A stretch of DNA of 64,000 bases from Acidobacteriota bacterium (GTDB lineage Bacteria > Acidobacteriota > UBA6911), in contig OY761556.1 of the NCBI GenBank assembly GCA_963664705.1, forward strand, positions 2,624,001 to 2,688,000, in the 5' to 3' direction. Below the pieces are notes generated by a model. That model saw only the letters and a list, made by a program, of their open reading frames with translations. It made no database searches and was not told the origin of the DNA. How positions within the stretch are numbered: position 1 is the stretch's first letter; every line of letters begins with the position of its first letter. The translations under genes were made by a program, and so were the position numbers. This document shows, in pieces, positions 9,620-20,071 of this stretch.

Positions 9620-11419
9620 ATGAAAATAAAGACATTTGCTTTATCGATTGTTCTTCTCGCGAGCTTTTTTGCATCCGCCGCATGGGCGGCGGGGACTGCA
9701 AAGATTGTCGTGATGAATCCGCGGGGCATCCAGCCGGAAATCCGCAAGATTCCGATGGCAAAACGCCAGGCGACGCTCGATGACAAAACGGTCTACATAA
9801 TCGACATCAAATATCCGAACACAAAACCTTTTGTGGAGGCGATGCTTGCGGCGCTGAAAGCCAAGTATCCGAAGACCACGTGGGTGGTGAAGGAAAAGCT
9901 CGGCGGATACATGGATGATGATCCGGCGCTGTGGAAGGAAACCAAAGAGAAAGCCGCCGCTGCCATCGTCCTGGTGGGGCATTGAAGCAGCTGCTCGCCG
10001 GCAGTTGTCGGCCATGCAGTGACACTGGAAAGAATGGGCATCCCCGCGGTACCGATGATCACAGCGCGTTTCAAAGAGCTGGTAACGACGATCTCGTACA
10101 AAAAAGGGATTCCGAACATGCGGATCACCTATACGCCGCATCCCATCACCGACAGACCCCGGGATCTTTGCGACAAGTATGTGCAGGGCAACGATCCGAA
10201 CAGCGGCCAGCCGATGCTGGAACAGATCTATGGAGCGCTGACGAAGCCTCTGTCCGCGGAAGACGCCAAGGCCGGCTTCCTCAAGCGAGATCCGCGCCCG
10301 AGGCTGTTGCCTCCGGACACGCCGGAAAACCTGCTGGAATACTTCCACGAACACGTCTTCACCGACGGCAACCCGATCATTCTCCCGACCGAACAGAAGG
10401 TGGCGGAAATGCTGAAAGCCACCAGCCGCAAGCCGGATGAATGGGTCGGCCAGATGCGTCCCTCTCCTCCCCATGAAGCCTGGTACTACACGGTGGAAAT
10501 GGTCGCCGTGAATGCCGTCATGGCGGGAGCCAAACCGGAATACTTCCCCACGATCCTGGCGATTGCCTCCAAGGGTTTGACCTCGATGTTCAGCTCGACT
10601 TCGTCGTTTGCCCGCATGGTCGTCGTCAACGGCCCGGTGGTGAAGGAAATCGGCATGAACACCAGCATCGGAGCACTGGGTCCGAACAACCGTGCCAACT
10701 CCTCCATCGGCCGCTGCTGGACGCTGATCTCCAAGAACCTCGGCGGATCCGGGAAACCGGGAGAAACCTACCTGGGCAGCCAGGGGAACCAGTTGAACTA
10801 CAACAACCTCTGCTTCCCGGAAACGGAAGAAGGGTTGCCGGCAGGATGGAATCCGTTGTCGGTGCAGAAGGGTTTCAAGAAGTCCGACAGCGTGGTCAGC
10901 CTGTTCAGCGGCTGGAGCTTCAACGATATCGCCTGGTACTCGCCGCTGCCGCAGCATGAAGTCATCCGCGGCTGGCTGGAACATTTCTTCTCGTTCGGGA
11001 CGACGCAGGCAACGCTGGTGCTCGATCCGATTGTGGCAGCCGACGTAGCGAACATCGGTCACTTTGGGACGAAGGAAGCCTTTGCCCAATGGCTGGCAGA
11101 CAACACCGGGACCCCGGGCTGGCTGTACTGGTCGCAGAACGAAAATGCTCTTAAGCAGGCGAAAGAGGGAGTGGAACCCTATGCCGGCTGGTATAAACAG
11201 GGCACGGGCGCGGTAGTGCCATCCTCCCGCTATAAGCGAAATCGCGGTGGCGTGGCAAGGAATGCCCCACCGAGAAATTCCTCCTTCATTGCATCGGAAA
11301 ATAGCAATGAGCCAACAAATTCAGTCAACATTGTTGTGACCGGCGGCGGGACGAACACGTTCTGGTCGGGCGGCGATTTTGGTTATGCGGGCAGTGCGTC
11401 CGTAGATCTCTGGAGATAG
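9620..11419 (+). CDS. Exported UGSC-type (GrdB/PrdB-like) selenoprotein 1; in-frame UGA at 9983-9985 read as Sec (GH-U-SSC)
   Basis: ORFs 9611..9985 and 10019..11419 share a frame with only TGA between them. Read-through gives VLVGH-U-SSCSPAVVGHAVTLERMGIP. SECIS-like hairpin follows; N-terminal signal peptide; no RBS before 10019. Confidence 0.85.
9991..10019 (+). other. Bacterial SECIS-like hairpin 1
   Basis: CTGC-tc-GCCGGC(AGTT)GTCGGC-cat-GCAG; apical loop contains GU and starts 17 nt after the UGA. Confidence 0.75.
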
Positions 11420-11432
11420 GAGGAACGATCTT

Positions 11433-11999
11433 ATGAAAAACCGAACAATAATTATTGCAATAGCGCTGTTGGGATTGGTCGCATGCCTCCAGCCTGTCAT
11501 GGCGCAGGAGAACACGCCCACGAATCCGGTTGCCGTAAAGGTGCCGCTGAAATCGATGGTCGAACTCGGGTCGGTGTATACCAACATCTATGACATCACG
11601 ATCACGGTACTTGAAACTGTTCGCGGCAATGCGGCGCTTGAACAGCTCAAGGCGGCGGATCCGAATGTCAAGGCGCCGGCAGCGGGCTTTGATTACGTGC
11701 TGGCACGCGTCAAGTTCGAACTCAAGGGGCGCTATGTCAGCGACAACCTGTCGTTTGATCTCGGAACCGAACCGTTGCAGTGGGTTTTGCTGTCGGGCGC
11801 GGATCTGACGGAATATGACCGGGTATCGCTGACGGTTCCCAAGCCTGCTTTGGCAGGCATTGTGAAACCCGGCAGTTCGATGGAAGGCTGGGTGGGCTTT
11901 GCCGTTTCTCAAAAAGACGCCAAGCCGGTGATGGTATTTGATCCGGATACCGGCGGCGCTACAGGGCGCGGCAAAACTCTATTTTTTAAGCTGTATTAA
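11433..11999 (+). CDS. Exported DUF4352-like (Ig-like fold) partner protein
   Basis: Signal peptide; YDITITVLETVRG..A...LK, YVLARVKFE and EGWVGFAV...P.MVF.P; paralogous to 20072..20644; RBS AGGAGG. Confidence 0.7.
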   Translation: MKNRTIIIAIALLGLVACLQPVMAQENTPTNPVAVKVPLKSMVELGSVYTNIYDITITVLETVRGNAALEQLKAADPNVKAPAAGFDYVLARVKFELKGRYVSDNLSFDLGTEPLQWVLLSGADLTEYDRVSLTVPKPALAGIVKPGSSMEGWVGFAVSQKDAKPVMVFDPDTGGATGRGKTLFFKLY

Positions 12000-12068
12000 G
12001 GGGTCGAACCGGTGCATTCCAAAGCATGCTATGCACCGCATTATTTACGTTTGGGAGGGGGACCACCA

Positions 12069-13679
12069 GTGAACACAATCAGAACCGGATGGATAAGCAC
12101 TGCCTTAGCGGCTTTCATCCTGCTCGCGTCGAGTCTTGCATGGGCCGACGAGGCAGAATTCCGCAATGCCTGCGTATCTCTGGGTAAATTATCGACGCAA
12201 TCTTTCCGCGTTGATGCCTCGGAGTGGGTTGCAGCCTCGCGTGTGCCTGCAGGACCGGGAGGTGCCACCATGGAGGTCCCCGCCCACTGTCTTTTTCGCG
12301 TCATGATTGACTCTCGCTCATCCGGAATGGATGAGCTGAGCTATGGCACGGGAATCGAAATGCGATTGCCGCTGGACTGGAATGGCCGCATGTTGTTTCA
12401 GGGCGGCGGCGGGTTGGATGGTGTGCTAACGCCCGCATTCGGATCTGTTTCCGGAGCTCCTTCCGCGCTTGCACGCGGGTTCGCAGTAGTTTCCACCGAT
12501 GGGGGCCATCGCGGTCGCAGCAGTGTAGATGGGCGCTTTGCTGTTGACCAACAAGCCAAGCTTGATTTTGCCTATCAAGCGGTTCAACGCACAACTCGCG
12601 AGGCAAAATCGCTCATCAATCGCTATTATGGACGCAAACCGGACTATTCCTACTTTATGGGATGCTCAACGGGCGGGAGGGAGGCGATGCTTTCAGCACA
12701 ACGTCTTCCGCTGGAGTTCGACGGCGTGGTTTCCGGCAATGCCTCCTTTAATTTGACGCGGGTTGCGGCAAACCAGGTCTGGAGTTTGCAGACTGTTACA
12801 CGGATCGCGCCCAAAGACGCAAGCGGCAAACCTCTGCTCTCGGAAGCCTTCACGGACACACAGCTAAAGGCAATATCGAAAGCCGTTCTCAAGCAATGCG
12901 ATGGACTCGATGGACTCGAGGACGGGATGATCAATGATTTCAAATCCTGTCCATTTGATCCGGCTTCTCTTCGCTGCAGTGAAGCGGCGGGTGCGGGCAA
13001 GACGGAGTGTTTGTCTGCGCAGCAAATCAGCGGATTAAAAGACATCCTCGGCGGTGCCCGAAATTCCAGGGGCGAATCACTCTACGGCGCAACCCCATAC
13101 GACACAGGCATTGCCCAGCCAGCCTGGCGGGCAATGCACCTGGGAACTGCAAAAGATGAACCCGCGAATGCATGGCTCGGCCGTGATACTCTGCGCCTTT
13201 TCGCCGTCACACCATCGAATCCTGATCTCGATCCGCTGAAATTCGATTTTGATCGCGATATGGTTTCTACCGCGGAGACCGCCGCCATCAACGATGCAGT
13301 GGCTACGCTGCACACCACATTCGCGGGGCACGGCGGCAAAATGATCGTCTACCATGGCCTATCGGATCAAGCAATGTGGACCGGTGCACTGACTCAGTGG
13401 TATGAACGCCTGACCCCTCGCGACAGCCAGGGGCCTCAATCCTGGGCCCGCCTGTTTCTTGTTCCAGGCATGACTCACTGCGGCGGCGGACAATCGACGG
13501 ATCAATTCGATATGCTCACTGCCATTCAACAATGGGTCGAAAAAGGGCAGGCTCCGGACCGTGTTGTTGCCTCGGGGAAGGCATTCCCCGGCAAGACTCG
13601 CCCACTGTGTCCTTATCCGAAAGTAGCCCGGTTCGACGGCGGCAATCCCGACGACCAGAAAAGCTTTTCCTGTCGCTAA
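12069..13679 (+). CDS. Tannase/feruloyl esterase family hydrolase (MHETase-like fold), exported
   Basis: LPLDWNGR, STDGGH, GCSTGGRE, YHGLSD, PGMTHCGGG and RPLCPYP (CS-D-HC motif); GTG start at 12069 after GGAGGG. Confidence 0.92.
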   Translation: MNTIRTGWISTALAAFILLASSLAWADEAEFRNACVSLGKLSTQSFRVDASEWVAASRVPAGPGGATMEVPAHCLFRVMIDSRSSGMDELSYGTGIEMRLPLDWNGRMLFQGGGGLDGVLTPAFGSVSGAPSALARGFAVVSTDGGHRGRSSVDGRFAVDQQAKLDFAYQAVQRTTREAKSLINRYYGRKPDYSYFMGCSTGGREAMLSAQRLPLEFDGVVSGNASFNLTRVAANQVWSLQTVTRIAPKDASGKPLLSEAFTDTQLKAISKAVLKQCDGLDGLEDGMINDFKSCPFDPASLRCSEAAGAGKTECLSAQQISGLKDILGGARNSRGESLYGATPYDTGIAQPAWRAMHLGTAKDEPANAWLGRDTLRLFAVTPSNPDLDPLKFDFDRDMVSTAETAAINDAVATLHTTFAGHGGKMIVYHGLSDQAMWTGALTQWYERLTPRDSQGPQSWARLFLVPGMTHCGGGQSTDQFDMLTAIQQWVEKGQAPDRVVASGKAFPGKTRPLCPYPKVARFDGGNPDDQKSFSCR

Positions 13680-13791
13680 CCCGGCGTCCTATTCAGCCAC
13701 ACCGAATGGTTCCCGGCGTAGAGGCAATTATTCCCACAGGAAGGTGCGTTTTCCCGACCAAAGTATTTCATAAAATTCGAGGAGGTCATAA

Positions 13792-14790
13792 ATGAAGAAC
13801 TTGATGCACTGCCTTGGCATGCTGGTATTCCTGACGTGCACTGTCTATGCTCAAGCGCCGCCGTCAACGCAACCTGTGGCGAATGCCCCAACCGTTCTTC
13901 CAGCTTCAACACCGCTGGGAACCGGATCGCTAAAGGCAATCATGGAAGCGGACGCTGCCTTGGCCAAGCACACTGTGTATCGACCCAATGATATGAACGC
14001 CATTGGTTCGGCAAAGCTGCCTATCCTGGCCTGGGGCAACGGCGCTTGTGCAGCGGACGGCAACGCCTTCCGCCTTTTCCTGACCGAAATTGCAAGCCAT
14101 GGCTATCTGGTCATTGCAAACGGTCCCATTGGTCCGGACAGGGCGCAGTTTCCACCAACCATGCCGGCCAACCGTGGCGCGACTGCGACGAAACCAAACC
14201 CTGCCACTGCTGCTCCTCCAGTCATTTCATCAACTCCTCCCACCACAACGGCTCAGCTCATTGAAGCCGTTGATTGGGCAATCAAGGAAAACAGTCGCAA
14301 GGGCAGCAGGTACTTTGGCAAACTTGACACAGCGAAAATAGCGGTGGCAGGCATGTCCTGCGGCGGAGTACAGGCGATCGAAGCTTCTGTTGATCCGCGA
14401 GTAAAAACCACCATTGTCGCCAATAGCGGATTAATGACCGTGCCCACGACAATGTCAGGGAGCGGGAAGCCTGTCCCCAAAGAGTCACTGAAACTGATGC
14501 ACGCGCCGGTGCTCTACATGAGCGGCGATGAGTCGGACATCGCGTACGGAAATGCCAATGACGATTTCGAAAAGATCAACCACATACCGGTTTTTCGCGC
14601 CTTTGAAAAAGGTATCGGCCATGGGGGCACCTACCACGATCCGAATGGGGGTGCCTTTGGTAAAGTCGCCCTCGCCTGGCTTGACTGGCAGCTAAAAGGT
14701 AACAAAACGGCTGCGAAGATGTTCCGAGGAACGAAGTGCAGTTTGTGCAGCGATTCGCAGTGGGTTACGCGTAAAAAGAAGATTGATTAA
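13792..14790 (+). CDS. Exported alpha/beta hydrolase (chlorophyllase/cutinase-like clade), paralog 1 of 3
   Basis: TVYRP, WGNGAC, EIASHGYLVIA, nucleophile GMSCGG, DIA and GHGGTY; signal peptide; RBS GAGGAGG. Confidence 0.8.
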   Translation: MKNLMHCLGMLVFLTCTVYAQAPPSTQPVANAPTVLPASTPLGTGSLKAIMEADAALAKHTVYRPNDMNAIGSAKLPILAWGNGACAADGNAFRLFLTEIASHGYLVIANGPIGPDRAQFPPTMPANRGATATKPNPATAAPPVISSTPPTTTAQLIEAVDWAIKENSRKGSRYFGKLDTAKIAVAGMSCGGVQAIEASVDPRVKTTIVANSGLMTVPTTMSGSGKPVPKESLKLMHAPVLYMSGDESDIAYGNANDDFEKINHIPVFRAFEKGIGHGGTYHDPNGGAFGKVALAWLDWQLKGNKTAAKMFRGTKCSLCSDSQWVTRKKKID

Positions 14791-14821
14791 ACCTGCATTC
14801 CGGCTCAATCGATGTTAACAG

Positions 14822-14853
14822 GGAGAACACGGACAAGCAATTCCGTGTTCTCC
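14822..14853. terminator. Hairpin between convergent genes
   Basis: GGAGAACACGGA-N8-TCCGTGTTCTCC, a 12-bp stem followed by a T-rich tail. Confidence 0.65.
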
Positions 14854-14877
14854 TTTCTATTCAGTCCTTGTGGCTGA

Positions 14878-16556
14878 TTATGCCCCTGCATCCCACGATC
14901 TGAGCGCAACCGCATGTTTTGCGGCGATTCTACCGGAGAACAAACACTCCCCAATATTCCCACCCGAGTTGTATCCCCAACCCCAGAAGGATCCAAGTTC
15001 CCCAGTTCCATAAAGCCGCGCAATCGGTCTTTTATAGGGATCCACAATCTGACAAAACTTATTGCGCCTCGGTCCGCCCATGGTGTTTGCAGTGTTAGGC
15101 CATTGCTTCATTGCATAAAAAGGTGGTCCGCCGATAGGAGCCAGCGACCCCGGGAATCTGCCGAATTCGAGATCCTTTTTATCGGCACAGAACTGATTGT
15201 ACTGAGCCACGGTCGATTCCAGCTTTTTTGCATCCATCAGATTGCGATTATCCGAATCCCTTCTGATCTTCGCCGCCAGTTCATCCAGTGAATCCGCTTT
15301 CAGTATCCAGCCTTTGGCAATCTCTTCTCTATTATCAGCACTCCAATTGATACCGGAGTGCCACACAAACCAAGTCCATTTCCCTCCCCCACCGATTGCC
15401 TTGGATGAGAGCATAGAGCCAGCTTTAACTGAAGCCTCATCGAAAATTGCCCAACAGGGGACGCTGGACCAATCCATTGCGGCAGCATTGAAATCAAGAT
15501 TGCGGGTCCCGAGTCCGTGGGAGCGAGTGCCGCCTCTTTCATTCATGTATCGTTTTCCCAGCTTGTTGACCAGAATGGAGCTATTGCCTCTTGGACCGGC
15601 AGGCGCCAGACCGATGATGTGGGGATCTGTCCCCGGAACCACAAAGCAACCCGGATGCCCGCCGTTGATTTCGTTCATGTGCCATAGATCCGCACCAACT
15701 TTCTGAGCCATTCGGATTCCATCGCCGGTGTTTCCAGGCGTTCCTACCCCCATGACTGGCGAGCCCCAGAAATACTGCTTTTGCATTGCATAGTCAAACT
15801 CCAGGCCGCCGCAGGCGAGTACGACTGCCTTTTTGGCCTTAATTGCGATTTTGACCCCTTTTTTTCAGCCATCACGCCGGCAATCTCTTTCGTTCCGCTA
15901 TCCTGAATGAGTTCCTTTGCAGGCGTCTCATACAAAACCGGGATTCCTCGCTTCTGCACCTGGTCGCGCATAAACTGCCATAGCCGCCCATCGCCTGTGG
16001 TCCCGCGGCTGGCACCATCCACTGACCAGGCATAGGCCTGATAACAGTCGCTGCCAGGCAGTTCCGGAAAGGCTATATCCGCCATGGCAAGAGGCAGCGG
16101 AGCGAGAGTTGCTCCCAGATTTTTGAGAACCTGCAGGTTTTCCGCCAATCCTTCAGACATGACCTTGAAGATTTCCTCGTCTTCCGTCATTCCGCAATCC
16201 ATGGCTTTGATATACGCAATCCCCTTTTCGACATCCTTGGGCGCCCAGATGAACTGCATACAGACTTTGCTGTTCCCTCCCTCGTACTGCTGCGAGAGTT
16301 TTTCCAGGAGCAGCACCTTGGCACCCGCATCCGCCGCGGCAACAGCGGTCGAGAGCCCTGCCATCCCGGTTCCGACAACCACAAGGTCGGCCGTATGATC
16401 CCATTTTACCGGAATGCCGGAATCGCACTTGGGATGCGCCTTTGCAGACGTAGAAGCCCCCAGGAAGGTCAGGGTGCCTGCCCCGGCAAGCGCCGCAGCA
16501 TCGGCGGCGGCGCCCTTGATAAATTTGCGACGCGTAAGGTTCTTTTCATTCGACAT
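14878..16556 (-). pseudogene. Tat-exported FAD-binding flavoprotein (fumarate reductase/TcuA/KstD-like), split by a -1 frameshift at about 15860 (pseudogene, programmed frameshift or sequencing error)
   Basis: TRRKFIK Tat motif, VVVGTGMAG and GGNS. One extra A in GAA-AAA-AAG-GGG restores KKGVKIAIKAKKAVVLACGG, matching the paralog at 22464..24116. C-terminal part has NTGDG, NTMGG and RLYGTGE. Confidence 0.8.
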
Positions 16557-16607
16557 AGGAACTCTCCATCTCTGCAAAACTTGGATCAATCCTGCCAGGA
16601 ATTTGAT

Positions 16608-16636
16608 ATGCATAATGCATGCATGTAGCATATTAT
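16608..16636. promoter_or_regulatory. ATGCATWWTGCATGCATRT operator (copy 1)
   Basis: ATGCATAATGCATGCATGTAGCATATTAT; 27/29 identical to 37191..37219; lies in a divergent intergenic region. Confidence 0.7.
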
Positions 16637-16724
16637 ACGCACTACATGTTCGGAATCAGTGAAAATTCCAATGGAACCCCAAGAACATACTTTTCGTAAA
16701 ACGTGCAAGTCAATCAAGAGATCT

Positions 16725-18500
16725 ATGATGAAAGCAATTATTTGCGTTACGGAATCAATTCTGCTGATATGCGCGGCTTTAGCTCAAACGACGCAGGCAG
16801 CACGGCCGATCTCTTCCTTTGGTCAATATCAGCCGGCGCCGCTTTATAGCGAAGCGATCACAACATCGCACTATTTGACCATGCGCGACGGCGTTCGCCT
16901 GGCAGTCAGCATTACACGTCCCTCTAATAATGGAAAGCCGGTTGAAAAGCGATTCCCGGTTCTTTGGCAACATACATTGGCGATAGCAGCGCCCGGTATT
17001 CAGGCATCCGGAAATGGAAGTGCGGGGGGGTATGGTGCGGTACCCAGCCTTGCCTACAACGGCTATATCGTCGTTCAAGTGGCCAGACGCGGGCAGGGGC
17101 CCTCATTTGGGAAACGCCGCGGATACAACGACCGCTCCGAAGCTTATGATGCCTATGAAGTGATCGACTGGCTTGCTTCGCAACCCTGGTCGACAGGTGC
17201 GGTAGGCGTATACGGCTGTTCAAACACTGGTGACGCATCCATGCACGCGGTTACATCGGCCAATCCGCATTTGAAGGCGGCTTGGGCAGGGTGCTTTTCC
17301 TGGGAAAAATACGATGGCTTCTGGCGCGGGGGAATCTACGCCAATTGGGGAACCGGCCCAGAACGCACCATTGAACAGGACATGGCAAATATTCCGGTGC
17401 AGGGAGATGAAGCAAAGGTGTTGCTGCGCCAGGCGGCAGAGGAACATCAAGGCGGCACCGTGCTCACTCAGATGTGGTCTGCCATGCCATTCCGTGATGA
17501 TTATGCCCCGGGAGTAGGCAGCCGTTTCTGGTATGAAGGGAGCGTCGCAAGCTATTTGCCGCAGATGAACACATCAGGCACCGCCATCTACATTCAAGGC
17601 GGCTGGCGCGATGATCTTCGGGGCCAGGGATTGCTAGCCTACGCCAACCTGACAAATGACCGGCATGTGGTTATAGGTCCATGGGGGCACTGCCAGAATG
17701 ACGATTTCAATATGCTTGCCGAAATGCACCGCTTTTTTGATCAACATCTGAAAGGAATAAATACCGGCATTTTATCCCAGGACCCGATTCACTATTTTAC
17801 GGTCAACGCTCCGGTGGGAACCGAATGGCGTTCCTCTAAAACCTGGCCGGTTGCAGGCACCCAGCAAATCAAATTCTATCTGGCTGGCGGTTCGAACGAG
17901 GGAGGGCAGCTGTTGTCTCAGGCTCCCGCCGGAGCAGAGACGCAAACATCCTTTACCGTTCGTTATGACGTGGATTGCCCCAGCCGGCCCAAAATGCCGG
18001 GAGGGATGCTAACCGGCGCTCCGCCCTGCCCTGTAAATCATGGCGGGCCGCGGTTCATTACGGCTCCGCTGGAATCGAACCTCGAGGTCACGGGCGATGC
18101 CGTCGTAGATCTCTGGCTTTCCTCAAGTGCCGTCGATGCAAATATCTTTGTTTATCTGGAAGATGTGGCACCGGATGGAACGACCACACAGGTCACCGAT
18201 GCACGATTGAAAGCCTCGCTCCGAAAGATCAGTAAGCCGAGGTACGAAAACAACGGCTTACCCTATCATCGCAGTCATAGAGAAGATGCTCAGCCATTAA
18301 AGCCCGGGGAGCCTGCGCATCTCATGTTTGCATTTCTGCCGGCATCCCATATTTTCAAAGCGGGCCATCAAATGCGGATCTCGATTGCAGGAGCGGATTA
18401 TCGAGAGCGCGATCGCACACCGGTTTCCCCTGCACCGGTGGTAACCATCCACAACACCCCAGCACACCTTTCTTTCGTGAGCCTGCCTATTGTCCGATAA
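16725..18500 (+). CDS. CocE/NonD family hydrolase, exported
   Basis: MRDGVRLA, DAYEVIDWLA.QPWS.G.VG.YGCS, GGW.D, IGPW.H and C-terminal SHIFKAGH.MRISIAG; signal peptide. Confidence 0.88.
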   Translation: MMKAIICVTESILLICAALAQTTQAARPISSFGQYQPAPLYSEAITTSHYLTMRDGVRLAVSITRPSNNGKPVEKRFPVLWQHTLAIAAPGIQASGNGSAGGYGAVPSLAYNGYIVVQVARRGQGPSFGKRRGYNDRSEAYDAYEVIDWLASQPWSTGAVGVYGCSNTGDASMHAVTSANPHLKAAWAGCFSWEKYDGFWRGGIYANWGTGPERTIEQDMANIPVQGDEAKVLLRQAAEEHQGGTVLTQMWSAMPFRDDYAPGVGSRFWYEGSVASYLPQMNTSGTAIYIQGGWRDDLRGQGLLAYANLTNDRHVVIGPWGHCQNDDFNMLAEMHRFFDQHLKGINTGILSQDPIHYFTVNAPVGTEWRSSKTWPVAGTQQIKFYLAGGSNEGGQLLSQAPAGAETQTSFTVRYDVDCPSRPKMPGGMLTGAPPCPVNHGGPRFITAPLESNLEVTGDAVVDLWLSSSAVDANIFVYLEDVAPDGTTTQVTDARLKASLRKISKPRYENNGLPYHRSHREDAQPLKPGEPAHLMFAFLPASHIFKAGHQMRISIAGADYRERDRTPVSPAPVVTIHNTPAHLSFVSLPIVR

Positions 18501-18561
18501 TGAAAGATTGCTTTCGAGTGCGGCCAGTTTTGCTGCTGATTTTGGTTCCCGAGTGCCGAAA

Positions 18562-18612
18562 AAAACGCCACGAATTTCACGAATTTAGGCTCCGTGAAAT
18601 TCGTGGCGTTTT
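18562..18612. repeat. REP-like palindrome GCCACGAATTTCACG...CGTGAAATTCGTGGC (copy 1)
   Basis: Perfect 20-bp stem between convergent genes; the same 15-bp arms occur at 50316..50354. Confidence 0.8.
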
Positions 18613-18624
18613 CGTTTTGCGGCA

Positions 18625-19968
18625 CTAGGCTTGGGCCAGTTCGTCGAGCGATTTGCCCTTGGTTTCTTTTCTGACAAACAGGAAGGCGGCAATAGCGCCA
18701 ATAATGGCCGGGACCAAATAGAACAGGAACGATATTTCCATTCCAAGCTGCATTCCTATAACAGCGCCTGAAACAATAGGAGCGAGCGCTCCACCCACGC
18801 GGCCAAACGCCTGACACCAGGATACGCCGGTATTGCGAAACTCCGTGGGATATCCTTCCGCCATTAGCGGCTGCACTGCCGTGATTGCATAATTTATGGC
18901 GAAGCCCATGAAAATGCTGGCGGCAAGGATTGGGACAAATCCTCCGCCTATAAAGGCCATCAGAATGATAGAAAAACCTCCAAGCAGATAGCTCATGATA
19001 AGGTTTGGCCTTCGGCCTATCACTTCAGAGACAAAACCGGTCGAACAATTGGCAATTACTGCCGCGCCATTGTTGGCGATGGCGAGAGCATATGCGGAGG
19101 TTAACTGAAACCCCTTTTCCAGCATCAGCGATGGAAGCCATGCGTTGAGGCCATATACCGTGAAGCAGCCGCAGAAATAGGTGATCCAGACACCCGCGGT
19201 GATAGTGCGGTATTCTTTTGAGAAAAGCGCCCGGGGGCCCGCGATTTTGGGAACCGGTGGAACTATTAGCGCATTGGGATCTCGATGAGTAATGATGCCG
19301 GTCGCCATGCTCTCGATGCTGGCAAGGATTTCAACCGCTTCCTTTTTGCGTCCTTTGTTGGCCAGCCAGTAAGCGGATTCCTTCATTCGAAAATACAGGA
19401 ATACGGAGTAGAGGAAAGGAATTCCTCCAATCAGGTAGCAGACCCTCCACCCATGGTGCGGAACAAGCAGCGTCGGGATCAGCCCCCCAAGTACCCAGCC
19501 CACAATCATCCATGCCATACCGAAAGTGATGAACAGAGCGCGGCGGGCGGTAGGAGTGGATTCAGAAAAAATTGTTGTGACCACCGGAATGCAGGCGCCC
19601 AAACCCACGCCTGCCAGTACACGGAAGAAGGCAAATTGTCCAAAGGAAGATGAAAAGTAGATCGGTATTGTTAGCAGCGAATAAGCAGCGATGGAAAAGA
19701 TAAGCGTTTTCCTTCGGCCTATCTTATCCGAGATGATTCCGGCACACGCGCCGCCTATGATAAGTCCGATGAGGCTCCAGGAGGACAGGCTTCCGGTCTG
19801 TACCTTGTTTAATGCCCACTCCGCTGATATCTGCGGCATCGTATAGGAAACAACCATATAGTCATAGCCGTCAAAAACCATTGCCATGCCGAGGAAGAAA
19901 AATATGGACCAGGTAAACTTATTGACGCCCAAAGAGTCCATTACTTCAGATATTGTAAAACCTTTCAC
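18625..19968 (-). CDS. MFS transporter, aromatic acid:H+ symporter-like (BenK/PcaK group)
   Basis: DGYD in TM1, SDKIGRRK, RVLAGVGLG, ESA.WL and EGYPT.FR.TG; GTG start at 19968 with RBS AAGGAG. Confidence 0.8.
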   Translation of the reverse strand: MKGFTISEVMDSLGVNKFTWSIFFFLGMAMVFDGYDYMVVSYTMPQISAEWALNKVQTGSLSSWSLIGLIIGGACAGIISDKIGRRKTLIFSIAAYSLLTIPIYFSSSFGQFAFFRVLAGVGLGACIPVVTTIFSESTPTARRALFITFGMAWMIVGWVLGGLIPTLLVPHHGWRVCYLIGGIPFLYSVFLYFRMKESAYWLANKGRKKEAVEILASIESMATGIITHRDPNALIVPPVPKIAGPRALFSKEYRTITAGVWITYFCGCFTVYGLNAWLPSLMLEKGFQLTSAYALAIANNGAAVIANCSTGFVSEVIGRRPNLIMSYLLGGFSIILMAFIGGGFVPILAASIFMGFAINYAITAVQPLMAEGYPTEFRNTGVSWCQAFGRVGGALAPIVSGAVIGMQLGMEISFLFYLVPAIIGAIAAFLFVRKETKGKSLDELAQA

Positions 19969-20015
19969 GATTTCGTTCTCCTTCTGCACCACTGCATTAT
20001 CGGAGGCCAAGCCCT

Positions 20016-20057
20016 TGGAGTGCGGCCGCCTTACAGCTGCAAAGCGACCGCATTCCA
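20016..20057. repeat. Intergenic GGAGTGCGG-type hairpin (REP-like)
   Basis: TGGAGTGCGG...CCGCATTCCA imperfect stem; a related half-copy GAGTGCGGCC lies at about 18516. Confidence 0.45.
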
Positions 20058-20071
20058 TCTTTGGGGCAACA

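Noticed and set aside
9641-11089. 482-aa minus-strand ORF
   Set aside because: Antisense shadow of the GC3-rich selenoprotein gene; no recognisable motifs
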